Assembly (NCBI GenBank): GCA_030390025.1
Contig: JASTWF010000035.1
Span: 3,348,001 to 3,412,000 of the forward strand
Length of the DNA: 64,000 nt
Origin: Squalus acanthias
Lineage: Eukaryota
Reading direction: 5' to 3'
Shown: positions 47,083 to 59,405 of the stretch, in pieces
Layout of the letters: each line of letters begins with the position of its first letter
Numbering within the stretch: the stretch's first letter is position 1
Notes under the pieces: generated by a model
Seen by the model: the letters and a program-made list of their open reading frames with translations, nothing else
The model's database searches: none
What the model was told of the DNA's origin: nothing
Translations under genes and position numbers: made by a program

Positions 47083-50000
47083 CTGAGTGAGCGGACTACC
47101 TGCGGGAGGAACGGAGTCGGAGACCGGGGATAAAGGCAGCACGGAGCAGAGACCTGGGAGTCTGAGCGAGCGGACTACCTGCGAGGGAGACAATCGGCAA
47201 GCGACACAACGAAGGAGTGATGTCAGAATTCAAAGGTGTCGCTGGCACAAGGGAGCTGAGGGGTGAGTTTTCAGTATATTTCTGCTAGTAGTTCATAGAC
47301 TATCTAATAGAGGGACGTGTTGATTGGTGGGTGGCTGTTGAGTGTTTCTTCAGTTTATTTCTGCTAAATTGCCTCCATAGTCTGGTAAATAGAGGCAGGG
47401 CTGCTCAGTCCTGTGATTTGCATATCCTATGCCATGTGGGATATCCTGGATGCTTCTTGTGTCCTGGACGACCACGTGTGCAGGAAGTGTCGCCAACTGC
47501 AGAAACTCGAGCTCCGGGTTTCGGAGCTTGAGCAGCAGCTGGAGTCACTACAGCGCATCCGCGTGGCTGAGAAATACTTGAAGCACATTTCTAGAAGTGG
47601 TCACCCCGCAACCTCAATGTGCAGGCAGAGAGGGAATGGGTGACCACCAGACAGAGGAGGAGGACCAGACAGGTAGGGCAGGAATCCCCAGAGTGCATCT
47701 CGCTCGCTAACCAGTTCACAGTTCTGGAAACTGGTGGGGGTGATGGCTCCTCTGGGGAAAGCAGCCAGAGCCAAGGCCACGGCACCACGGGTGGCTCAGC
47801 TGCACAGGGGGGGAGGAAGAAGAGTGGACGAGCAATAGTGATAGGGGATTCATTGGTTAGGGGAACAGATAGGCATTTCGGTGGATGCAGACGTGACTCC
47901 AGGATGGTATGTTGCCTCCCTGGTGCCAGGGTCAAGGATGTCACTGAATGACTGCAGGGCACTCTGAGGGGGGAGGGTGAACAGTCAGAGGTCGTTGTCC
48001 ATATCGGTACCAACGACATAGGCAGAAAGAGGGATGAGGTCCTGCAGGCAGACTGTAGGGAGCTAGGAAAGAGATTAAAAAGCAGGACCTCAAAAGGTAG
48101 TAATCTCCGATTACTCCCGGTGCCACATGTTAGTGAGTACAGGAATAATAGGATAGAAAAGATGACTGTGGCTGGAGAAATGGTGCAGGAGGGAGGGCTT
48201 TAGATTCCTGAGGCATTGGGACCATTTCTGGGGAAGGTGGGACTTGTACAAGCCGGACGGGTTACACTTCAACAGAGCCGGGACCAATATTCTCGCGGGG
48301 ATGTTTGCTAGTGCTGTTGGGGAGGGTTTAAACTAGCTTGGCAGGAGGATGGGCACCAGCATGTAGGGGGGGAATGGGGTGCATGGAAGAGTGAGTGTGT
48401 TGGATGGCACTGGAGGGGACGGTAGTGCTGGAGGCAGAGGTAGTACCACATTGGATAGGAGCAGAACAAGAAAGACTACTAAAAAATTCAAAAATGGGTT
48501 TAGAATGCATGTATGTAAATGCACAAAGTGTGGTGACTAAGGTTGGTGAGCTACAAGCACAATTAGCTGTGTGGCAATATGATGTTGTGGCAACAATGGA
48601 AATGTGGCTTAAATGGTAAGGTCTGGGCACTTAATATTCAAGGGTACAAGGTGTTTAGGGAAGGAAAAAAGGGAGGTGAGGTGGCAGTGCTGATTAAGGA
48701 AGGTATTGTAGTGTTGGAAAGGGAGGATGTTCTTGAGGGGACAAGGACAGAATCCATGTGGTTAGAGTTGAGGCGAAAAAAGGGTATGATCACACTATTG
48801 GGGGTATTCTACAGGTCTCCAAATAGTGAGAGGGAGGTAGAGGAGCAAATCTGCAGGGAAATCGCAGAGATAGGCAAGAGCTATACAGTGGTGATATTGG
48901 GGAAACTTTAAGTACCCAAATATCGATTGGGATAATGCTAAGGTAAAGGGAAAGGAATTTCTGCAATGTGTTCAGGAGAATTTCCTTGACCAGTATTTTC
49001 TTGGCCCAACTAGGAAGGACGCATTGGTGCTGGGGAATGAGGTGGGCCAGGTCGACCAAGTGTCTGTGGGAGAACACTTGGGTACAAGTGATCATTATCG
49101 TAAGATTTAGATGAGCAAGGAACAATCTAGAGTGGAACATCAATGGGATGCAAAAGGATCTAGCCAGAGTAAAATGGAACCAAATTAACGGGCACTTGGA
49201 GAGGTTTAAGCTAATTAAGGAGCGCCAACACGGATTTGTAAAAGACATATTGTGTTTGATTAATCTAATTGAATTTTTTGATGAAGTAACGGAGGATTGA
49301 TGAAGGGAATAAAATGGATATTGTTTACATGGATTTTAGGAAGGCGTTTGACAAAGTACCACATAGAAGGCTAATTAACAAAATTGAGGCTCATGGAATA
49401 GGTGGGTCAGTGGCAGCTTGGATAAGGAATTGGCTTAAGGACAGAAAACAGCGAGTTGTGGTAAATGGCTGTTTTTCAGACTGGAGGATGGTAGACAGTG
49501 GTGTTCCCCAAGGGTCAGTGCTGGGGCCACTGCCTTTTTTCATATATGACCTGGATATTGGAATACAGAGTAGAATTTCTAAATTTACCGATGACACCAA
49601 ACTTTCGGGGGGGGGCAGCAAACAGTGAGGATGATACCAATCGACTGCAACAGGACATAGAAAGGCTAGCAGAATGGGCAGACAAGTGGCAGATGAAATT
49701 TAATACAGAGAAGTGTGAGGTGATGCATTTTGGCAGAAGGAACAGGGAGAGGCAATATACACTTAATGGCACAGTTTTGAAGAGTGTGCAGGGACAGCGG
49801 GACCTGGGAGCTAATGTGCATAGGTCCCTGAAGCTGGTGGGACATAGAGTGGTTAGCAAAGCATATGGGACCTTGGGCTTCATAAATAGAGGTATTCGTA
49901 CAAAAGTAGAGAAGCTTGCTGAACCTTTATAAAGCGCTGGTTAGGCCACAACTGGAGTATTGCATCCAGTTCTGGTCAGCACACTTTAGGAAGGATGTGA

Positions 50001-50489
50001 AGGCACTTGAGGGTGCAGAGGAGATTTACCAGAATGGTTCCAGGAATGGGGGATCTTAGCTACAAGGACAGGTTGGAGAAGTTGGATTTGTTTTCATTAG
50101 AGCAAAGGAGGTTGAGGGGTGATTTGATAGAGGTGTACAAGATTATGACGGGTTTGGATTGCTGAGACGGGGAAAAGCTGTTCCCACTAGTTGATGGTAA
50201 AAGGACTAGGGGACACAGATATAAGGTTTTGGGCAAGAGATACAGGGGGGCTGTGAGGAGAAACATTTTTATGCAGCAAGTGGTGAGGACCTGGCACTCG
50301 CTGCCGACGGAAGTGGTGGAAGCGGAGACACTCAATGTTTTCATGGAGACTGGATAGGCACTTGAGGGAAATAAACTTGCAGGGCTACGGGGATAGAGTG
50401 GGGAAATGGGACAGACTGGATTGCTCTACAGAGAACCGGCACAGACTCGATGGGCCGAATGGCCTCCTTCTGTGCCGTTATGACTCTAT
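47083..50489 (+). mobile_element. Degenerate CR1 with 5' UTR, ORF1 (ending 48336) and internally deleted ORF2
   Basis: ORF1 pieces 47413-47643 and 47619-47951, ORF2 pieces 48579-48911 and 49314-49932, and a TATGACTCTAT tail into which a MITE inserted. Confidence 0.85.
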
Positions 50490-51358
50490 GGGGGAGAAAT
50501 TCAGTATCTCCCCGTTTGGGGCGTGATTATCGGCTGGGCGCAAAGTTTAGCGCCTGGCGCTAATTATCGCCTCCAACTGCAAACTTGGCTTTTATCGCCC
50601 CTGGAGGTGATGGGAGCGCTAAATCAGGCGCTGCACACCTGTCTTAAGGCGCAAAGGCCGAGGAGCGAGGCGCTACCTCAGAGCGCTGGCGAAGCTCATA
50701 TGATGTCAGTCAGCAATGGAACACAGACACACTGGCGCCGGCCAGTTCTTAAAGGGGAGGGTCGATCTTGCTCTCCATCCACACCCTGCTCATTGCAGCC
50801 TTGAATCTTGGCGTGGAGAGACCTGTACATCAAATCTGTTGGAAAGAACAACGTAGAGGCCCAGGGAAAGAGCTGAGTGCAGCCCCCATAGACTCTTCTA
50901 AATCGATGCAAGGAAGATCAAATCAGAAAGAACCTGCAAAGTGCTGCTCAGTACCCAAAACTCCTCAACACAGCTTTGAATATCTCCTGCAGTCTCTCTT
51001 TCACACAGAATGCGTGGTGCAAAAATTTCACTCAAAAAAAGGCAGGAAGCGGTCGCCTTTAAATAGCACTCTCCCAGTCCCTTCCCGACTGAAACGCTCC
51101 CCTCAACCTGTCGTTGCAGGCGGTAAGACGGGGCGCCACTCAATATCCGGTCCAGGGTGCTACCGGGGCGTTGCATGCTCGACTGATATCACGATCTGCG
51201 GGCGCAGGAGATCGTGGCAGTAGTGTTTAGCGCTGCTGCAAAATGTCTAGTCAATTTCGTGAGCGGCGCAAACATCGCCGCGCACTCGTTGGTTTGCACC
51301 CCATTAGCGCCCTCTTAAGGCGCTAACGGGAGGTGTAAACCAACCGAATTTTTCCCCC
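50490..51358 (-). mobile_element. Harbinger-family MITE (869 bp), inverted relative to 29936-30828
   Basis: TIRs GGGGGAGAAATT and AATTTTTCCCCC. Flanks TAT and CAT. The reverse complement aligns along its length with 29936-30828. Confidence 0.9.
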
Positions 51359-52133
51359 CATGACTCTAATGAAGTTAAGGATACTATTAGATTAAAAGAG
51401 GCTTATAATGTTGCAAAGAACAGTTGTAAGCCTGAGGAGAGAGTGCTTTAAATAACAGCAAAGGATGACCAAAAAAAATTGATAAAAAGGAGAAAAGATA
51501 GAACATGAGCTTCTGCAAGTATTTAAAAAGGAAGTCAGTAGCAAAAGTAAGCATTGGTCCCTTAAAGGCTGAGACAGGAGAAATTTTAATGGGGAATAAG
51601 GAAATGGCAGAGGCTTTAAACAAATATTTTGGGGTAAAAATTCAGTTGGTTGCGCCTCCCGTTAGCGCCTTAAGAGGGTGCTAATGGGGCGCAAAGCCGC
51701 TAACGCCCGGGCGCAGCGATGTTTGCGCCGCTCGGGAACTTAACTAGAGATTGTGCGACGGCGCTAAAACTTACCGCTGCGACCACCTGCGCGCGCAGAT
51801 TGTGACGTCATTCCATGGTGCAACGCCCTTGTGGCGCCCCGGAGCGGAAATTGAGTGGCGCCCCCTGCCTTACCGCCTGGCGCATCCAACGACCGGAAGA
51901 CTGGAACGCTATCAATCGCTGTGGGGCTGGGGGGGGCGCTATTTAAAGGGGGCCTCTTCCTGTCTTTTTCTGTGGTCGACATTTTTGCACCACTCGTTCT
52001 GAGAGAGATTCGGAGAGAGAGAAAGAGAGACTTCTGCATTGACTCAACGCTTTGTGAGGTAGTTTTGCCTATTGATCCTAACTTCGCTAGTACTTTAGTT
52101 GCTGTCCTTCATTACTTTGCTTGCAAAGAGACT

Positions 52134-53160
52134 ATGGGAGCTGCAGTGATTGGGGGCGTCGTCCTGCTCCAGCTGAATCGGAGGATACAGAGACGCAGAG
52201 AGAGAGTGGCAATGATGGCCAGACGGAGGAGGGCCAACAGGCGTATGTACAGGAGAGCTTACCCTCCCAGGGTATATCGTGAACAGCTCTCCTACATTCA
52301 TATGTCTGAGGAGCTGTGTTTGCGAAGGCTGCGATTCAGCAAGGAGGTGGTCACTGAGCTCTGCCACCTGCTGCAGCCAGATCTGCAGCCTCAACTGAGG
52401 TCCAGGACGTCTGTCGGTGGCAGTGAAGGTCACAGTGGCTCAACTTTTACGCTACTGGCTCATTTCAAGCTGCTGCTGGGGACCTCGGCAATATCTCCCA
52501 GTTCGCGGTGCATTGCTGCATCCGGCAGGTCACAAATGCCCTCTTTAAAAGGAGACGAGAGTTCATCTCTTTCCCCATGACCCCAGACAAGCAGCGTGAC
52601 CGCGCTCTGGGCTTTGCGAGGGTAGCGGGCTTCCCCATGGTGCAGGGCGCCATTGACTGCACGCATGTGGCTTTGCGTGCTCCGCATGAGAATGCCGAGG
52701 AATTCCGGAACAGAAAGGGGTTCCATTCCTTGAATGTTCAGTTGGTCTGTGACCACAGACAGCTGATACTCGCTGTCAATGCCCACTATCCTGGCAGCTG
52801 CCATGATGCTTTTATCCTGCGCCAGACTACTGTGGCAGAACTTTTCGAGGCACCGCATCAGCCAGTTGGTTGGCTTCTTGGGGACAAGGGGTATGCATTG
52901 AGCACCTGGCTGATGACACCGCTCCGTACGCCCAACACCCCTGCTGAGCTGCGGTACAATGAGAGCCATCAAGCTACCAGGAACATAATTGAGCGCACAA
53001 TCGGCGTGCTGAAGCAACGGTTCCGCTGTCTCGACCATTCTGGAGGAGCCCTGCAGTACTCGCCTGAGCGAGTATCCAACTTCGTAGTCGTGTGCTGCAT
53101 GTTGCATAACATGGCAATCCTCAGGACCCAGCCAATGCCACCAGGCCTTGGAGCACCACC

Positions 53161-53191
<31 letters not shown>

Positions 53192-53290
53192 GAGGAGGAT
53201 GATCATCAGCAGCACCAAGGCGGGAGGGCGGCCCACAATGGTGAAACTGCAAGGGCCGTCCGTCAACGGCTAATAGCAAGCCGCTTCTAG
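52134..53290 (+). pseudogene. Harbinger DDE transposase (HARBI1-like family), about 386 aa after repairing two frameshifts
   Basis: ATG at 52134. RRLRFSKEVVTELCHLL, then LSVAVKVTVA(L)NFYATGSFQ requires frame changes near 52410 and 52441. Catalytic motifs GAIDCTHV, LLGDKGY and RNIIERTIGVLKQRF. TATTTAAA at 51940 and AATAAA at 53470. Confidence 0.92.
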
Positions 53291-53565
53291 GGCCCCTGCT
53301 GTGGAAATGGCTTCTGCCATTGCTAACAACATTAATGAACCCAGCACGCAACCCCAAAGCCGGCCAAGACACCAATAATTCCAACCACCAACCATGTATA
53401 TTTTGAATACAGAAACTTATTTATTTTACAAACTCTGTGTGTGTCAATTCCTCATGACAAACTCATAGAAATAAACACAAAAAAAGTCAATAACATAACT
53501 GGTTCTCACAACCTGGAGATAATGTCCAAAACACTAAACAAAAGTTGGACCATGAACCTCGACCT

Positions 53566-55464
53566 TTAATAAAAAAATGACCAGCATTTTGTCATACCTC
53601 CTACTTTTTGCCCTTCGAGGGTGATCTCCTTCCCTTGCGCACTTCCCCCCCTTCTAACCCTACTGCTCCTCCGTAATGGGACCTCAGTGGCTGCAGCAAG
53701 GCTGGTGGAAGGCTGCTGCTTGTCAGACCCTGACACTGCAGATGCCCCTGAAGGACGGCCTCGACCAGTTCTGGGCCTGGAGGGCCCGGCTGCAGACTGC
53801 ACCAACTCTGCATGGGCGGCTACAGGCGGTGGCAAGTGCAGTGGAGAAGTGACAGTGTTGGCAGCAGGAATGCTGTCATCGTGAGAGAGGACAGCAACTC
53901 CCTGCTCGCCCGACACACTGGCACTCCCATGGGGCAGCACTTCAGCATCCGGAGCAATCTGCTGGAGAACAGATTGCTGGCCTGCTGCGGCGCGGTGACA
54001 GCCCCAGGGACATGTGAACGAACCATCGAGGTTGGCAGCAGTCTGTGCTCGCGTGGCCTCAATCTGAGTCTGCATGAGAGCAGTCAGAGATGGGATCACG
54101 GCAGCCAGTGACTGAATTGCAGCACTAAGCGTTAGTGTGGCATCCGCCTGTGCTACAGCGAAGTGCGCCACACTCCTTGCCAGTGACTCAATGCATTCGG
54201 GCACCCTTCCCACTGCACCCATGAGCTCAGTGTGCATGCCCACCGCCTGGGTGTTCATTTCTGCGATCAGCCGCTCCTCCTCTGCGTCCATTGCAGTAGG
54301 AGTCGCTGGCATACTCTCCCTCTGGGGAGAAGGCCCCCGTTCTTCCCTACCCCCATGGCGTTGCTGCAGCCTGCTGGGTCCTGGAGCTTCACCCTCATCA
54401 GACCCTTCCCCCCCTGCTCCCCTCCAGGGAAGGCGTGTTCCCAGTGTGGGCATAGGCTTCCTCGGGAGAGGGTGGCACTGATGCTCCGGCTTCCTCTTCC
54501 TCCTCAGCTGCAGCATCACTCCCAGTGGCAGCTTCAGGGCCCGTCTCCTCAGCTGGTGAATCACCATCTGAAAGCAGGGAGGTACAAGAGTGGCTTTAGC
54601 GTGAGGACAGGGTGGCAGTAAGGGAGGAATAAGTGCAGCGAGTTAGCAAGTTGGATTGAAAGTGTCAAAGGCTGGTGTTGTGAGGGACAAGTGGAAGGAC
54701 AGAGGACAAAAAGGTGATGACCTTACCATTGCTGTCCAGAACAGGGTCGGCGTCTCCAGTGGCGACGGGACCGATCACCCGGCTTGCCACAATCCTGTGG
54801 ACGCGCTCCTCAAGATCGCTGAGGGGTTGCAGCTGAGGCCGCCCTCCACCTGTCCGTTGCTGCTGTCTCCGATTATGCGCCAGCTTGGCCTGTAAGAAAA
54901 AGGACAGCATCTGAGTAAATATACAGCCATGGTCTTGCCTGATGTGCCTCCCATAGGTGAATAGCCCTTACTGTATGCAGCCATGGTCTTGCCTGATGTG
55001 CCTCCCATAGGTGAATAGCCCTTCCTGTATGCAGCCATGGTCTTGCCTGATGTGCCTCCCATAGGTGAATAGCCCTTACTGTATGCAAAGTGTGGAATGT
55101 GTGTGTGTGTTTCATGAAAGGGCCATAGGTGTTGGATGAGTGTTGTGCATTGGGGTTTTAAGACCCTCTGGCCATAGAGTGAGGTTGAGATGGAGGGATG
55201 GAGAGGTATTGAGAAAAAGCCACTCACCCTGACGACCCGAGTGAGGTCGTTGAACTTTTTGCGGCATTGAGTATGGGTCCTGGGCACCATGCTCCTGGAG
55301 GAGACGCTCTGAGCCACCTCCCTCCACACTCTTCTGAACTCGCGTGGCAAAGGCCTCCTGCCACTCTCAGGGAAGAGTATACATCTTCTGCGCTCCACCG
55401 CGCCAACCAGAGCATCCAAGGCCCGCTCGGTGAAGCGATGAGCTCGTTCTCTCACCCTCTCCAT
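53566..55464 (-). pseudogene. Harbinger Myb/SANT-like DNA-binding protein gene, exons 55464-55228, 54889-54727, 54567-53566
   Basis: MERVRERAHRFTERALDALVGAVERRRCILF..WREVAQSVSSRSMVPRTHTQCRKKFNDL | AKLAHNRRQQQRTGGGRP.. | DGDSPAEE.. with GT-AG introns of phase 0 and 1. Exon 3 probably has a frameshift in a G run near 54420, or else the protein stops at about 54400. Confidence 0.85.
54924..55087. repeat. 54-bp tandem repeat (3 copies) in intron 1 of the Myb/SANT gene
   Basis: Unit CAGCCATGGTCTTGCCTGATGTGCCTCCCATAGGTGAATAGCCCTT(A/C)CTGTATG at 54924, 54978 and 55032. Confidence 0.95.
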
Positions 55465-56345
55465 CCTTGGCAGCAAAATGGATTCACAGGTCTCTCCAGG
55501 CCGAGATTCAAGGCTGCAATGAGCAGGGTGTGGCTGGGGAGCAAGTGGCCCCCCCCGCTTTAAGAACTGGCCGGCGCCAGTGTGTCTGTGTTCCCTCGCT
55601 AACTGGCAGCAGCTGCGCTGCGCTCGCGCGCTGAGTTAGCGCCTCACTGCTCGGCCTTTGCGCCTTAAGACAGGTGTGCAGCGCCTGATTTAGCGCTCCA
55701 CTCACCTCCCGGGGCGGTAAAAGTGAAGTTTCCTGTCAGTGCCGATAATTAGCGCCAGGCGCTAATATTTGCGTCCAGACGATATTTGCGCCCCAAATGG
55801 GGCGCGACCTAATTTTTCCCCCTTTGCATCTGTCTTCACAGTAGAAGACACAAAAGCATACCAAAATAGTGGGGAATGAAGGGGCTAATGAGAGTGAGGA
55901 ACTTTAAGTAATTAAGATCAGTAGAGAAAAAGTACTTGTGAAGCTAATGGGACTAAAAGCCGACAAATCCCCTGGTCCTGATGGCCTACACCCTAGGGTT
56001 CCAAGAGGTGGCTGCAGAGATAGTGGATGTATTGGTTGTGATCTTCCAAAATTCCCTAGGTTCTAGAATGGTCCCAGTGGAATGGAAGGTAGAAAATGTA
56101 ACCCCGCTATTCAAGAAAGGCGGGGGAGAGAAACCAGGGAACTACAGGCCAGTTAGCCTGAAATCCGTTGTCAGGAAAATGCTGGAATCCATTATTAAGG
56201 AAGTGGTAACAGGGCACTTAGAAAATCATAATATGATTAGGCAGAGTCAACATAGTTTTATGAAAGGGAAATAGTGTTTAACAAATTTATTAGAGTTTTT
56301 TGAGGATGTAACCAGCAGGGTAGATAAAGGGGAACCAGTGGATGT

Positions 56346-58808
56346 ACATAGATACATAGAAGATAGGAGCAGGAGTAGGCCATCCGGCCCTTCGAGCCTG
56401 CTCCGCCATTTAATGAGATCATGGCTGATCCTCCAATTCAGTATCCCGTCCCCGCCTTCTCTCCGTAACCCTTAACCCCTTTTGCCTGTAGAAATATATC
56501 TAATTCCCTCTTAAATATATTTAATGAGCTGGCGTACACTGCCCTCTGTGGCAATGAGTTCCACAGGTTCACCACCCTCTGAGTGAAGAAATTCCCCCTC
56601 ATTTCTGTCCTAAATGGTTTAGCCCTTATCCTTAAATTATGTCCTCTAGTTCTGTTCTCACCCGCCAAGGGAAACATTCCTTCTGCATCTAGTCTGTCTA
56701 GACCTGTCAGAATTTTATACACTTCTATGAGGTCCCCTCTCAATCTTCTAAACTCCAGTGTGTACATCCCTAAACTACATAGTCTCTCCTCATAGGTCAA
56801 TCCCGCCATTCCTGGTATCAGCCTGGTGAATCGCCGCTGCACCCCCTCCATGGCAAGAACATCTTTCCTCAGATGAGGCGACCAAAACTGTACACAGTAC
56901 TCGAGGTGTGGTCTCACCAGTGCCCTGTACAGCTGCAGCAAGGTATCCCTGTTCCTGTATTCCAACCCTTTTGCTATGAAGGCCAGCATACCGTTTGCCT
57001 TCTTGACCGCCTGTTGCACCTGCATGCTCGCCTTCAGTGACTGGTGTACAAGAACACCCAGGTCTCTCTGTACTTCCCCCTCTCCCAATTTATTGCCATT
57101 TAAATAATAATTTGCCCTCCCGTTCCTGCACCCAAGGTGGATAACTTCGCACTTGTCCACATTATAGTGCATCTGCCATTTATCCGCCCAATCACCCAGT
57201 CTGTCCAAATCGCTCTGGAGCTTCCTGGTCTCCTCCTTTGAGCCCACCCCCCCTCCTAGTTTAGTGTCGTCTGCAAATTTGGAAATGCTGCATCCGACTC
57301 CCTGATCCAGGTCATTAATGTAAATTGTGAACAGCTGGGGACCCAGGACAGATCCCTGTGGTACCCCACTTGTTACTGCCTGCCATTCAGAAAATGAGCC
57401 GTTTATTCCAACTCTTTGTTTTCTATCTGACAGCCAGTTCTCTATCCACGTCAATACTTTCCCCTTTATCCCATGAGCTTCAATTTTCCATGCTAATCTT
57501 TCATGTGGGACCTTATCGAAGGCCTTTTGGAAGTCCAGGTACACCACATCTACTGGCTCTCCCCCATCTATTTTACCAGTTACTCCCTCAAAAAATTCCA
57601 ATAGATTTGTCAAGCACGATTTACCCTTTGTAAATCCATGTTGACTCTGTCCTATCCTGTCCCCATTTGCTAAGTGCTCCGCTATTTCATCCTTAATGAT
57701 GGACTCCAGCATTTTGCCCACAACTGATGTAAGGCTTACAGGTCTGTAATTACCTGCTTTTTCCCTACCCCCCTTTTTGAATAGTGGGGTAACGTTAGCT
57801 ACCCTCCAATCCATGGGCACTGTTCCCGAGTCTAATGAATTCTGAAAAATCACACTTAGTGCATCCGCTATCTCTAGGGCCACCTCCTTCAGTACCCTAG
57901 GATGCATGTTATCAGGCCCTGGGGATTTGTCCGCCTTCAATCCCTTTAGCTTCCTTAACACCATATCCTTAGAGATATTGATTTGCATCAGTTCCTCCTT
58001 TGCCAATGTCCCTATTTTTCCCGATATCCCAGGGAGGTTTTTTGTGTCTTCCTTCGTAAAGACTGACCCAAAGTATGCATTTAGTTGGTCTGCCATTTCC
58101 TTATTTCCCGTTATATATTCCCCCGTATCTGACTGCAATGGACCAACTTTGGTTTTCACCAGTCTTTTCCTCTTGATATACTTATAAAAGCTTTTGGAGT
58201 TAGTTTTTATATTTTCCGCCAGCTTGCTTTCGTAAGCTATTTTGCCCCTCTTGATTAAGCCCTTTGTTCTCCTTTGCTCTATCTTAAACTGTTCCCAATC
58301 TTCCGCTCTGGCGCTTTTTTTGGCTATTTTATACGCCCTATCTTTGGATTTTATGCTGTCTCTAATTTCCCCTGTTATCCACGGTTGAGTCACCTTTTTA
58401 GATTTCCTTTTATGCCAGATTGGTATAAACAATTTTTGCAATTTTGTCATTCTATCTTTAAATGCTTGCCATTGTTTATATACCTCCAGTCCTCCCAGGA
58501 ACGTTGTCCAATCAGACCTACTCAGTTCCCGTCTAATGGCATCGTAATTCCCCTTGTTTAAATTCAGGACCTTAGTCTCTGAGTCAATTTCTTCGCTCTC
58601 CATTTCGAGTGAGAAATCGATCATGTTATGATCGCTCTGACCCAAGGGTCCCCGTACAACAAGATTACTAATTAGTCCCTTCTCATTGCACAGTACCCAG
58701 TCCAATATAGCCTGTTCCCGAGTTGGTTCCTCGACATATTGATCGAGATAACCATCCCTTAAACACTCAAGGAATTCCTCCTCCTCATTATTTTTACTGA
58801 TTAGGCTA
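56346..58808 (-). mobile_element. 5'-truncated young CR1 (family C) with an uninterrupted ORF2 segment
   Basis: ORF 56438-58882 is CR1 ORF2 from LISKNNEEEEF onward. The first ~26 aa come from the flanking element. Confidence 0.96.
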
Positions 58809-58945
58809 GTATATTTGGATGTAGTATATTTGGATTTCCAAAAGGCATTCAATAAGGTGCCACATAAAAGGTTGTTGTGCAAGATAAGGGCTCATGGGGT
58901 TGGGGGTAATATATTAGCATGGATAGAGGATTGATTAACGGACAG

Positions 58946-59405
58946 AATTACATAGGATATACAGCACAGAAACAGGCCATTCGGCCCAACCAGTCCATGC
59001 CGGCGTTTATGCTCCACACAAGCCTCCTCCCGTCTTTCCTCATCCACATCAACCAGCATAACCCTCTATTCCCTTTTCCCTCATGCTTGTTTAGCCTCCC
59101 CTAAAATGCATCTGTCCTATTCGCTTCAACCACTCCCTGTGGTAGCGAGTTCCACATTCTCACCACTCTTTGGGTAAAGAAGTTTCTTCTGAATTCCCTA
59201 TTGGATTTCTTGGTGACTATCTTATATTGATTGCCTCTAGTTATGCTCTTCCCCCACAAGTGGAAACATTCTCTCTGTATCCACTCTATCAAAACCTTTC
59301 ATAATTTTAAAGACCTCTATTGGGTCACCCCTCAGCCTTTTTTCAAGAGAAAAGAGACCCAGCCTGTTCATCCTTTCCTGATATGTATACCCTCGCATTT
59401 CTGGT
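58946..59405 (-). mobile_element. CR1 3' fragment
   Basis: ORF 59101-59292 (RRNFFTQRVVRMWNSLP) plus 3' stem-loop. Confidence 0.8.

Larger units (their letters stand above)
51631..55822 (+). mobile_element. Full-structure PIF/Harbinger DNA transposon (4192 bp) with convergent transposase and Myb/SANT genes
   Basis: TIRs GGGGTAAAAATT and AATTTTTCCCCC (11 of 12 matching). 3-bp TSD TTT at 51628-51630 and 55823-55825. Two-gene architecture typical of Harbinger. Confidence 0.96.

Noticed and set aside
52134..53290. Domesticated host gene HARBI1
   Set aside because: The ORF is frameshifted and enclosed by TIRs and a TSD, with a partner Myb gene and related MITEs, so it is a transposon copy.
54924..55087. 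Tandem repeats (54 bp here, 77 bp at 41170, 152 bp at 6867) as CRISPR-like arrays
   Set aside because: Head-to-tail units with no unique spacers, in a eukaryotic context with no cas genes.
54775..55476. 233-aa single-exon protein with GYSPMGGTSGKTMA repeats
   Set aside because: The repeat lies after a consensus donor (AGG|GTGAGT at 55227) and is intronic read-through. The spliced model matches the homologous gene at 6688-12784.
56438..58882. 814-aa ORF as a stand-alone gene
   Set aside because: It is a 5'-truncated CR1 ORF2 whose start is read through from an oppositely oriented flanking CR1.
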